Origin: Flaccisagitta enflata
Taxonomy: Eukaryota
DNA: 64,000 bases
Reading direction: 5' to 3'
Assembly: GCA_965153355.1 (NCBI GenBank)
Contig: OZ231126.1
Coordinates: forward strand, 28,954,001-29,018,000
The notes beneath the pieces are model-generated. The model saw only the letters and a program-made list of their open reading frames with translations, had not been told where the DNA came from and did not search any database. Numbering within the stretch: the stretch's first letter is position 1; each line of letters starts with the position of its first letter. Shown piece after piece: positions 25,201-38,800 of this stretch. A program made the position numbers and the translations under genes.

Positions 25201-26875
25201 GCCAGTGTTTAAACACGTTTGTAAGAAATCAAATCCTTCTGCTCGTCTGTCTGTAGGTCAGTCACACATTCGCTCGACGATCAACCCGGCGCACGTAACG
25301 ACCTAGTTTGCCGGGTTGCCATGCGAGAAATAAGAGATTTTAAAATAGGATTTTCAGTTTAAAACTGTTTTGCTACCTTGAATCACTCGCTTGTGAAGAT
25401 ATGGGTTGTCTGGACGGAAATTGACTACAAGAGTGTGGAAAACGATAAGGCGCATTCCCAAAACGCAAGGAATGATCATTCGACTGATTACTGGGCCATC
25501 TCCCAAAATTTGGCGCGTGCGACTGCGCCAAAGTATCGCTCAGACGCTGGCGATTGTTGTGAGGGATAGAATGGACGCTCTTTGGTCTAAACTGTAAATT
25601 ATTGCGGTTGTTTAGAGAGTGGTAAAACGCCGGATCATGTCCGAATCCAACGGAATGATTCCAATGCTGATTGTAAGGATAGCGAGTATGATGTAAGTGA
25701 CTAGTCGAGTTGTGGTCAAAAAGATTGTTTGTGGAGCAATTTGGTTGCATGAAATAGCTTTCCTGATTCGGTGAATACTGAGGATGGGTAGAGTGCATAA
25801 ACGATGAGTGAGTATTCTTGGAAGAGACTTGATACGGCAGTTTCGAGCCGTCATCCAAGCTACGAGAAGCGTCAGACGGGTTAAAAGCGGGAACAGAATG
25901 CCGATTTTCCAAGTAAGTTGATTGAGCAGGAGGAGCAGCATACGATGGACAAGAGTAAGACTGTTGTTGATAACGAGGATGAAAGCCGTTGCCGTGACTA
26001 CCGGCCAGAGTGCCATCGACGTTAAGCGTGCCATTGAAAGCGCGTGGATCGTTAGCACCGGGGCTGAAATCATTATCAAAGTTGAACACTTGCCCTGGCT
26101 GCGGAAACCCCGTTGAGATCTGACTGGGTGGTGGGGACACGAAGCTGTTGGTAGGGCTAAAGCTATCGAAAGACTTGGCCGGACTAGTTATGCCACTCGA
26201 AGGACTGGAGCCAATCATGCCGTTCGATTCACTATCTCCCGCATTCAGAGGACTAACGCGTTCGTAATATCTGTAAGTGCCCTGATAATGACCCCCGTGA
26301 TCCGGGTAAGTCGAACCAGAGGAGGAAGACACGGCTGAGTTATCAGTCATTTTCGTAATCAGGGAGTGGTCGAAGTATAACTGCCGTTAAATACTCAGGT
26401 CGGTGTTAAGATCGATACGAAAAAAGAGCCGAAGACTAGATCGGGAGAAAGAGAGAGTTTGAACTTGACAAACCAAAAATGGTTGTCACAAAAAATCAAG
26501 TTAGTTCTGTGGATTTCGATGGCTGCTACTTTTATCAATTTACGCAATTTGGTTAGAAACTGTATGGATCGACGTCTAGACAGTTGATCGATATTTTGGT
26601 AAAGCGATTGAACTATTTTTTCGAATTTAATGAGTAAAGAGTACTTTGTATTTCATTTCTGCGTTGACTATAGTTCTGTCGTATTTGACGTCTTTTACAT
26701 TTGCATAAGCAATGACGAGTAAGATCAACTCTTCCAAAAATGGCACGTGAAATGAGAGAGAAGAATTTCAAACGGTTGAGTTATACCCGACTGTTGAGCG
26801 AGGAGAAATTGATTACTTCAATTCTACCTTGTCAACAACGCCGCACCAACAAGGACGCGAAGCTTACTGGTTCAC

Positions 26876-26956
<81 letters not shown>

Positions 26957-27589
26957 ACTTAACTCACTCTACGGCGACAGCGACGCCGAAGACGACGACA
27001 CGCATCAGTGTCGTCGTAATCGTCGTCACTACAGTAGTTCGCTTCTAGTCCCCTTTTCGATCTTGTTCTTTATGCATAAAAGAGAAAAGCTGCAACCTCC
27101 ACTCACTCGGCGCTACAGCACAACTCTTTTTTTTTTTCTCGTCCTTCCTCTTCTTACGAGCAAGAGGAAGAGGACAAGTAAGGAAAGCAACGACGACAAC
27201 ACGAAGATTCCGATCCCTTTCATTACAAAGAGACTTTTTATATGTGTTGGTTGGTATTTATATATGTTTGTTTAAAAAAACTAAACAGGTTGAGGGACCA
27301 TGGAGCGTGGAGACGCGGAAGTCAAAGTGATTGCATTAACGCACACAACAGAGTCGGCTTATATACAACCAAGAATAAAAGCAACTACGGTTCTATGCGG
27401 GAACGCGCGCGGCGCCTGGTCATCGGCTTGCTATCGTTCCGTTCCGACCTACGTTCTGTAGCATATAGTGGTACCGTCGATAACGGATTGCCACGAGAGT
27501 ACAGTTTTAACTCGCAATCCCGTTCATTACGATTAGCAAATTCTTCACTCCTACGGTTGCGTTGCACTATCCGTCGATGCAAAAAATCG

Positions 27590-27651
<62 letters not shown>

Positions 27652-29031
27652 AATGGTAAGGAAGGAGAGGAAACGCAGCGAGAAGATAAGGTGGAATGCG
27701 GGAGGAATAAAGGTAGAAGGAAAACTAAGCCAGATTAATGGCAATGGGCAGGGTCAGGGCTGTGACGCAAAGGAAACAAACCTCGATAATTCGCTATTAT
27801 CAAGCCGATTATCAAGAGCGATTGTACCGCAAGGTGGATTTGGGTGTTAGGTGATAGGTTGAAGCAAGGGTCGGGCGTAGGAGAGTAAGAATTTTTACTA
27901 TTGCCACTCTTCAATCTGGGTCCGACAAATTTAGTGTCCCAACAGAAACCCACCAGAGTTTTTTAACCCATAAACTAAACAAGGCCCAATAGAACAAAGA
28001 TGCGTCTAGTCTTGGTTTATATGGTCTTTCTTTATACGGTCTTGGTTCATATGGTCTTATTTCATATGGTGTTACTGTATAGGGTCTTACTTTATACGGT
28101 ATCACTTTATATGGTTTTACTTTATATGGTCTTACTTTATACGGTCTCACCTTATATGGTTTTACATGACGATCATGACAACGATGATGGCGACGCTGAT
28201 GATGAACATGACGAAGACGATGACGACAATGATAATGATAATGATGACGATGACGGTGACGACAATGATGACAGTGAAGACGATGACGACGACGATGACA
28301 ATGAAGATGATGACAACGACGACGATGACAACGACGACGACGACGATGATGTCAATGATGATGATGATGATGATTACGATGATGATGCACTTTTATATCG
28401 AGATTATGACAAATTTCGCGTTATTGATGAATGCGTAACCGACCAACCAACGGACGGACACAGCAAATTATACCACGCGTATCAAAAAAAAAAGACGCAC
28501 CCCTTTATTTATAAATAAAACAGATAAAAAAATAATTCTAACTATTTTCAGTTGAATCATTTTTAAAGATTTTCAAAAAATCTTTCATTCTAGACCAACC
28601 TCAGTTCTGTATCTCAAACAGTTTAGGAGCTAGAGCTCTGCAAAGAGAAGCACTATTTTGCTAAAATGCACATTTTACATAAGATTGCGAAACTGAAACA
28701 GGCAATATTTTTTACTCAATCTAATGCCATTTCTAAATGAAAAAGATAGAAATACCAGATTGGCGCCAAATGAAAGTACTTTCAAAGGGCTTTAAAATGG
28801 TCTAAGATTTTAATTAGTTTCTCTTAATCTGTATGGCTAAATGAGCTATTTAAAAGTGAGTTTTTTTTTAAACGCGTGGTAGAGGTGCGAGGACGCATCT
28901 AAAAACATTGATTACTGAAATCATTTCACAATTAACAACTTAGTTTTGCTTTCTCTATCCTTTTTTTTCATTTTTTCCCCTACATATTATCTTTTTCGTT
29001 ATAAGAGGCTTTGTCCGTTCGTCGCGCGAGC

Positions 29032-29066
<35 letters not shown>

Positions 29067-29395
29067 CAAACACACACACACACACACACATAGAGATCCT
29101 GCTAGATTTTTTGCAAAAAGAAAAAAAAACGCCATGGACGGACGGACAAAGCCTCTCATAGGCTCTTGTAGTGATGCGAGGACCCGTCAAAAAACCAAGG
29201 GGGAAAGAAACCGAAAGTCGCTTAACTTTATACATTTCTGAACCGGGATAGTATGAGACAAAATACAGATTGTTAAATGTAGAGAGAAACGCTACCCGAG
29301 CACTGAGATAAGAAGGTCAATAACAATGAGAAATCTTATGAGAGAGCGCGAACATATGCACATGGGGTTGTATAGATGTCTATAAAATAGAGAGA

Positions 29396-29490
<95 letters not shown>

Positions 29491-31028
29491 AAGAGAGAGA
29501 GAGAGAGAGAGAGAGAGAGCAAGCGAGAGAGAGCTAGCGAGAAAGAGCAAACGAGAGAGAGCAAACGAGAGAGAGCAAACGAGAGAGAGCAAACGAGAGA
29601 GAGCAAACGAGAGAGAGCAAACGAGAGAGAGCAAACGAGAGAGAGCAAACGAGAGAGAGCAAACGAGAGAGAGCAAGAGGGTGTCCGCAGCAGCAGAAAG
29701 TAGATGCGCAGCCTGGACGAAATGCGATTTAGCATAAGACCGTAGGGAATTGGAAGAGGAAGAAAAACGCAAAATACATTCTTTTTCCCGTATCGGCGTC
29801 CTTGGATCGATAGGATCAGGTGTATCAGACCGTCGGGGACAAAATGCAAAGACTGAATTCTTTGCATCAAAGGTGTTTAACAACACTGGCAACACATTCA
29901 GGCAAAAAAATGATACGTTGCGGTCAGGATTTCCGGTTGCAAAAAGCTTTGAGAAAAAAAAAGATGGACACCTCACAGATTTTGGCACAAGGGGAGCTAA
30001 AAAGGCTGTAGAACACGATTCTGATATTCATTTTGACCTAACTTAAGCCAAAACAAGCCCAAGAGGGCAACAGTCGCGTGCGTCAGGAAATGACAAACAA
30101 AAGAGCAAAAACATGTCAAAATGTTGAAAAATGTTGAAAAATGTTGAAAAATGTTGAAAAATGTTGAAAAATGTTGAAAAATGTTGAAAAATGTTGAAAA
30201 ATGTTGAAAAATGTTGAAAAATGTTGAAAAATGGTTAAATGTTAAAAAATGCTAAAAGATGTCAAAAAATGTCAAAAAATGTCAAAAAATGTTAAAAATT
30301 TTAAAGAATGTTAAATAATATTAAAAAAGTCATAATTTTAAAAATGTGACGGACCGACCGACGGACGGACCGACGGACCTACCGACCGACACGGCAAGGT
30401 GTAGAGTCGCGTGCACGCGACTAAAAATTAAAAACTTTTTTGTGCCAAAAACAGCTATTTTTCATCAAAAAATGATCAAAAGTGAAACATTTAGAACTTT
30501 TTTTTGCAGAAACATTAAGTACCAATAGCAATTGATACTTGAGTGAACCTACAACAATCTTGAATAAGTCTACAAGGTTCAAAATTTACGTTAAAATCCT
30601 CAAAAATGAAAAAAATGACCCAAAAACGAAAATCTAAAAACTGATATTTTGGAACCGTTTCTATGCTATCAATATGAATTTCATCCATGTACTTAAAACA
30701 ACATGTATGTTATAGGCAAAAAACGCACAACCGCAATATGCAAATGAGATCAAGTGCACATTTTCAAAAGTAATAGAAATCTTGTAAGAACAACAAAAAT
30801 TGAATCAGCAGTGTAAATGATCAAAATACATCAATTTCAGTCAGAACTAATAAAAAATTATCGAAGAATTAGTGTTTTTAGATGCGTTCACGCATCTCTA
30901 CAAGAGGCTTTGTCTGTCCGTCCGTCCGTCGGTTGGTTGGTCCGTCACGCTCGAGTTGAAAACGATAGCAAATGATCGCAAAGTCGATTTCATCATTTTA
31001 GGATCTGACATAGGGCTGATGCAATGTT

Positions 31029-31105
<77 letters not shown>

Positions 31106-31714
31106 TTATGGGATGTGGTATAGAAAATGTGAAAAGGTGATATATGTGGCCAAGACGCAAAATCGTGTAATGGATAGATTTATTGGGCACAGAGCAGATC
31201 TGAGAGGGGAGGACAGCACAAAACCGGCGTTCCACTTCAAACAAGAAGGACACACAAGTGAGGACTTGAGAGTAGTGGTTATAGAGGAGGTGAAGGGGAA
31301 AGACGATATGTACCGAGTTACAAGAGAGAGGTTCTGGATCAACTGCCTTGGGACTTGAAAATGAAAGGAAATGAAGCAACACAAACCTGGGTTTTGGATC
31401 AACTGCCTTGGGACTTGAAAATGAAAGGAAATGAAGCAACACAAACCCGGTTTTTTTTAGAATGAAAAAAACTATGCACCCAGGGGAGTTTGTTAAAAAA
31501 GTGCAGTCTAATTTTGGACTGTACCGAGTTCTGATCGAGATACTACTAAAAAGTTGCTAAAAAAGGTGCAGAATTTAATCAAAAGGAGAAAAAAATGAGA
31601 AATGAGATGAAATTTGATTCATCATGTTTTGTTATGATGATAATATGTATGTCTAAGTTGCAGGTTTTCACGTTTTCACGCCTATGAAAAAGAAGGCAAG
31701 ATTGTGTTTTTATT

Positions 31715-31807
<93 letters not shown>

Positions 31808-34800
31808 AAAAAAAAATTTTTAAATATAAACTGGAGTAAGGTATTTAAGTATCTTAATTTCATTTCACAAACTTGATATTTGAAATATAAGTTGTTCACT
31901 CAATGCTTTTGTCCCTGAGTTTTTCGGTTGCTATGGAAACCAAAATTATTTTTTCAAACATTTATAACCACTAAAATATCAAATTTTGAGAAATATTGTC
32001 AGGAACATTGCTGTACTTATTTCTTAACTTTCCCACAGTATGTTCTGTAAGAATATTGCGTTTGGCCGTTGCTAGGGGGCATCACACCTAGCAACCGCTA
32101 AATGATGCTCCCTAGCAACGGCTAAACGAGCAATATTCTTACAGGACATACTGTGGGAAAGTTGTAGCAAATTTAATTCTGAGCAATGTTCCCTGACAAT
32201 ATTTCTCAAAATATTGATATTCTAGTTATTATAAATATTCAAAAAAAGTAATTTTGGTTTCCATAGCAACTGAAAAACTCGGGGACAAAAGCATTGAGTG
32301 AGCAACTTATATTTTAAATATCAAGTTTGTCAAATGAAATTAAGACACTTAAATACCTTCCTCCAGTTTAGGCTGTTATTCCACGAACCCCACCGTATTA
32401 GAATCGTGTTCTACAGCCTTTTTAGGTTCCCTGTGCAATTAACTGCGATGTGCCCATCTTTTTTTCAAGACCTCTAAAATTGAGATTTTCTCTAACCAGA
32501 ATCCTGATCGACTGAGTAAGGAATGAGTCTCACTATTATCATTAAAAGCAAAAGAAAACCTCAACAATTGAATGGACAAGGTATATTACCTGTGTTAAGG
32601 TCACCTATGTTACCTATGTTAAGACTAAACAATGACGGTCAAAATCCTAGAATCCCAGAATTGAAATTTTCTATTCTTTCCGAAAATCTCCTTTTTAGTT
32701 GCGGACACGCAACTCTATAAGAGGCTTTGTCCGTCCGTCCGTCGGTCCGTTGGTGAGCACGAGTCGAAAAGTGTGAAAACGCGCATTTTCGCTCCTGCCC
32801 ACCCGTCCGCAACTGGTGGCCGTGTATCCGGGCTTGTTTTCAGAAAATTCAAACCTGAAAACAAAAGGCGATCAGCTCGCAACCACGCAGCGTCGGAATT
32901 TTGTGGAAAGTAGATCAAAATTTTGTAAAAACGAAAGTTACGAACCCACATTCAATCAATCAATCAATCGATAGAGTGGCAAAGATGGTTCAATGAAAAT
33001 GAAGATAACGTGCTCCTTGTCAATTAAGGCAATTTTGAATGCAAGGACCAACACATATGAACATACTATCTTGGAAAAAAGTTTGGCAGCACTTATGGTT
33101 TATGGTATGTTTTCTCCCTCATGTGCTCAAAATTCATGTACTTGATTTTTTTTGGTTATTTTTGTATTGATGCTAATTAAAACAAATGAGAAAAACAGTC
33201 TTCAATCCAATTTAGGGACCGCGAGTTTGGTTTGTTAATCACAACTAAGAGGTGGTTGTAGTAATAATAGTAGATTTCAGTCATTTTGAATGCAAATTTA
33301 AAAAAAAATTGGGCTACTTTTCTTTATAAATCTAATTTAAAATCCATGAGATTATAAAACTAGAACTCATTTCTTGGTAAGATCTGAGTGCATGTCAAAG
33401 ATGGAAGGGTAGGAGAAGAAAGAAGCCCTACTTTTTTTGCTGTTTTTGAATGTACATGATCATTGCTCAACTTCAAACTAATGGCATTTCTAAACGGTTT
33501 GATGCACAGAGACGAGATAGCGCTCAGATTGTAGATTTTTTGATGAAGATTAAAATGCTCATAAATTTTATTTACTTATCTGAATAAGAGGTTGAGATAT
33601 CTTTCATTAAAGGTGCTGCCAAACATATTTCCTAGATGGTGAATTCCGCTGACAGACTCCTAGCTCCGGCGGAAAAAACATGATTTCCAACATGATCAGA
33701 ATGATTTTTTTCTTTCAGATACAATCAAAAGGGTGTCTAAGGGGTCCAAATCCATCATCAACCCATCTTGACAGTCTTTCATTTTTTCCCGCATTTTCAC
33801 TATATGTATAGCTTTTAGCCTTTCTCGCATTTATTGAGAATTTTCATGAAATTTTGTTGATCCACTTAAAATCACCTTTGGCAATCTACTACGCGCTATA
33901 TGATGACATTTCAACCAATAAAATCGATTCAAGTCCATTTTGCTATGCATTACTAAACACATAAATTGCATTAGTCAATTTTTCATTTTTTTGTGCAAAA
34001 TGTTCAATAATTTGAAATGTCCGAAACTCGATTTTCTTCTCTTTTGACTTTAAATGTTGGGTTTCAGTGATTTTTTATGGTTTCATTTCAATGCCCCACC
34101 TCTTTTGTTATAATTGGGAGGGATAATCTTCGCAGCGAGAGTTGAGGGGCTTTATGGTAAGGTGGACAGGGCAGGGACAAATAGAAATGTTCAATAATTT
34201 GAAATGTCAGAAACTCAATTTTTCCATTTAAAATTGTTGTAGGCTGTTCACAAGTTGCTTATTGATACGTGTTGTTGTTGGCTACCGTGTATCGTAGTGA
34301 TCAAATAGGGGTGTACATTTTGTGATTCTTTGGATTTGTCATCATAAATTAGAACGTCTTTGACAGACTAACATATTTATGGTATTTTTGGTCATTATTT
34401 CCTCTTTTTCTCCATAGGGGAAACAAACAGAACGTTATCGACTTTTAGCCGCACTTGTGGTTCCAAAAGAGACAAATGGTTCCAAAAGAGAGACAAATTG
34501 TTCATGATATCAATTGACACAACTGAAAGGACTGATAATGGATAAGAATGACTTTTTTGATAAAATTAAACGTCTGTAACGCATTTGTTACATGATAACT
34601 AGGGTTCGGGATATAGTTGAAAACCATTGAAATTTTAGGAAACATGTACCAAAATCGTTTGTTGGGAAAAAAATCGAAAAACGTTTTTCGATTTTTTGAG
34701 TTTCGCTTAGGAATTAATTTTTTCCATTTTCGCTTGAGGCGTTTTGAGGAAGTTGAGTCACGACTAGGCTCGCCCGAGGCTGGGGTTGAAATTGGTACAG

Positions 34801-35837
34801 GGTGAAAGAGGGCACTTTTTTACACCTTCTGGAAAAAATCAGGGCACTGTCGGACCAATACTTTAGGCGCTATGAATTTTTCAATCTTTTTTTATTTTTT
34901 CACATTTTTTGCATTTTTTTCACAGATTTTTATTTTTCATCGATCTCAATTTTGAGCTCTGAGTAACAACAAAAATGAGTTCAGCAGAGGGCAGAGGGAG
35001 GGAGAGGGAGGGAGAGGGGGAGGGGAGAGGGGGAGGGCGTGGTGTAGAGCGGGAGAGGGGGAGGGGGTAAGCAAGAGGGAGGAGGGAAAATGGGGAGGGA
35101 GAGGGAGGGTGAAGGAGCAAGGAGGATGGGAGAGGAGGGAGAGGGAGGGAGAAAGAAGGGGGAGAGGGAGGGAGCAAGAGGGAGGGAGGGAGAGGGGGAG
35201 GGAGAGGGAGGGTGAAGGAGAAGGAGGGAAGGAGAGGGAGGGGAGAGGAGGGGGGAGGAGGGAGAGGAAGGAGGAGGGAAAGGGAGAAGGGAGGAAAAGA
35301 AGGAAAGAGAAAGGGGAAGGGAGGAAGAGAGAGAGAGAGGGGGAGGGAAAGAAAGGGAGAGAGAAGGAGGGAGGGGTAGGGGGAGGGAGAGAGGAAGGGA
35401 GGGAGGGGAGGGAGAGAGAGGGAGGGAGAGGGGGAGAGAGAGGGGAGGGAAATCGAGAGGGGGAGGAGGAGGAGAGAGAGAGAGGAAGGAGGGAGAGGGA
35501 GGGAGGGAGAGGAGGAGGGAGGGGGAGGGAGGGAGGGGGAGCAAAAGGGAGGGAGAGGGAGGAGAGAGAAAGGGGGGAGAGAGAGGGTGAGGGTGAGGGA
35601 AAAGGAGGGAGTAAGAGGGAGGGAGGGAAAGGGGGAGGAAGGGAGAGGGAAAGGAAGAGGGAGAGAAGGACGGAGGGAGGGAGAGAGGGAAAGAGGGAGG
35701 GGGAAGGTGAGGGGAAGGGAGGGAGAGAGAAGGAGGGAGGGAGAGAGGGAGGAAGGGAGGGAGAAAGGGAGGGAGAGAGGTAGGGGGAGGGAGGGAGAGA
35801 GGGAGGGAGCACGGGAGGGAGAGAGAGAGAGAGTGAG

Positions 35838-35871
<34 letters not shown>

Positions 35872-38800
35872 ACACACACACACACACAGACACAAAACAG
35901 CCCTTACGATTTTTTTCCGGTCGGCGAGAGCCGCCTTTACTGGTATTCTTGCTAAATCCCCTCAGCACATCTTGACCTCATGTGAAAATGAGATATCGAA
36001 ACATTTTTATTACCTTCTTGACCATATCCTGTCCCAAATGACACGGTCATGACAACAATTGGTGCTAGGAGCCTGTCCATGAAAATAACCAGATAGTAGG
36101 GCAAACTATGGGATTCAGACTGAGAAGACGACCAAAATGTATCTGGTTGAAATTTCATCCAAATTTTAGGCCCAACTTACTGAAAATTTCATGTACTTAA
36201 ATATCACAGATTCACACTACGAATATTTGCTCTTTCCTCCGACGTAATCAGGAGATAAAACGACAAGAAGATTCAGTGAAATCGAAATGCAATTCTAAAT
36301 CATGAATTAACTAAAAACTGACTACCCCGACAAAGGCCCGACATGAATGTGTCTGATCCTAGCATTTTCGCGAAAATGTCGACAGACAGAATTTAAAATA
36401 CATATATTTCGAACAATTTTTCTCTGGGGTTCCTAAGAATAGTTTTTCCTCACTGTTAAAAACGATGACGAATGGGCACACGGGTCAGTATGTGCTGCTA
36501 TATCTGTTGGTCGATCTGTCTCTCACGAGAGCACTTAGGTTTTCGGGATTTCCGGGCAGATTTGACACCGGTAAGTACCTGTACTGAGTAGCGCCGGCGA
36601 CTCCTCTTCCTTGCGCGATGAACGCCGGATTCGCCGCGCCAGTGTGTATAAGCTGAAGTTGCCCAGTCTCGGTCTTGACCAGAATTGTGCCGGGAGGTAT
36701 GGTGAAACCGGGCGGTAATTGACTCTGCAAAAGACATACAAAATAATCATCCACCAAAGAAGCATAATGTGAAAGAAAATTTGGAAAATTTGTCATTGCC
36801 CAATAATGAGCGCACGTATTTACAGTCGCGTGCTAAACGACTACTACACCTCACTTTGTCCATCCTTCGGTTCATCCGTCGGTCCGACACAAAGATGTCA
36901 ATTCATCTCTATGCAGATTATGAAGATATCGTAAGAATTGTTAGAGATTGACCTAAGATCCGGAATCTGAGTCCTTGTGAATTTTCCAATTTTTCTTTTA
37001 AACGCGGCCGGTCAGAAGATAGTAGCGGCATGAGCTCTAGCATGAACTAATCTGCTTGAATTTGGTCCTGAAAGATACCTTGGCATATGCACATCACTCT
37101 GTTCATCTCATTTACCAAAACTTTGAACTTCTTAGGGGCTAGGGCGGCTACCTGGAGGGTCAAATGTGGTCTAATTTCAGAAAGCCTTAGCCAACTAACC
37201 ATACACACTATGTCTTATTTAAAAAGGAATTGAGACAAGCGGAGATCGGTATCTGGAAAGAAAACCCGCACGGCAACACTATAGAGTTTCAATGGGCGTA
37301 AAATTGCTTTCATATACTTTACCATTGTGTTGCCGTGCGGGTTTCTTGATCAAATACCGACCTCTGTCTGATTTACTGCCCAAATGCCGCTTAGCATGTA
37401 TGGTTAGATGGCGGAGGAATTTTAAAATTTGAGCCAAATTCACCCTTCAGGTAACCAGCCTATTAGGGGCCCCTAAGGGCCTCTAAAAAAGCCTCTAAAG
37501 AGGATTGTTTTTGAAAAAAAATGGGGTGCCATTGATAGGAAATTGTTTAATTTGCCTCGATTTAAAATCTTGTATTTTGACTTTTTTAAAAAAATCTTTG
37601 AAAATTTTTGTGTTGCGCGTCAAGGACTTAAAACAAACACAAAATATTTTTTTGAAAAATAGTTTTCAAAAGTGGGGTGCTATCAATAAGAAATTGTTTG
37701 ATTCGCCTAGATCCAAAATCTTGTATTTTCACTTTTTTTTCAAAAAACTTTGAATTTTTTTTTTTGTGTAGGCGTCAAGGACTAAGAAAAAAAAATCTGA
37801 ACAGTATCTGGGTCCGCGACGGAAGGGGGTTAAAGATCACCAATTCTGTAAGATCGCTATGACCAAAAGATCGCTAACCCTGTAAGTTTGCCAAAACTAT
37901 AAGTCTTGACATTTAGAGCCGCCATACAAAGTTTCATGCAAATCCGTTGATAAATGACAAAGTTATGCAAGTTTTTCACTTTTAGGCTAGTAGGGTGGTT
38001 AGGTGGTTGGGTGGTAGGCTGGTTTAGATAAATAGTGTGCGTATGTTGAGTTCTCCCATTTAGAGACTCCATACCAAGTTTCAACCAATTTGGTTGAAAA
38101 ATGTCCAATTTATGTAAGTTTTTACTTTTAGGCCGGTAAGCTGGTTGGGTGGTAGGTTGGTTTGGCCGGTTAGCATGCTCAAATATAAATAAATCACATA
38201 CATGTGTTGAGTCCTTCCATTTAGAGACTCCATACTAAATTTCAACCAAATTGGTTGAAAAACGCCAAAGATATGCACATTTATCACTTTTTGGTTGGTA
38301 GGCTGGTTGGGTGGTAGGCTGGTTTGACAGGATAAATAGTGCGCATATGTTGAGTTCTTCCATTTAGAGACTCCATACCAAGTTTCAACCAAATCAGTTG
38401 AAAAATGACAAAGTTAAGCAAGTTTTTCACTTTTGGGCCGGTTGGCTGGTTGGGTGGTAGGTCGGTTTGGCCGGTTAGCATGCTCAAATGCATATAAATC
38501 ATATACATATGTTGAGGCCTTCCATTTAGAGACTCCATACCAAATTTCAGCCAAATCGGTTGAAAAATGCCAAAGTTATGCACGTTTTTCACTTTTAGGC
38601 CAGTAGGCTGGTTGGGTGGTAGGCTGGTTTAACAGGATAAATAGTTTGCATATGCTGAGTCCTTCCATTTAGAGACTCCATACCAAGTTTCAACCAAATC
38701 AGTTGAAAAATGACAAAGTTACGCAAGTTTTTCACTTTTAGGCCGGTTGGCTGGTTGGGTGGTAGGTCGGTTTGGCCGGTTAGCATGCTCAAATGCATAT

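Noticed and set aside
28000-28518. Poly-Asp ORF
   Set aside because: GAT/GAC repeat inside a repeat element, antisense within a TAF4 intron
34920-35968. 300+ aa Pro/Ser/Leu or Gly/Glu/Arg ORFs
   Set aside because: Artefacts of a polypurine tract
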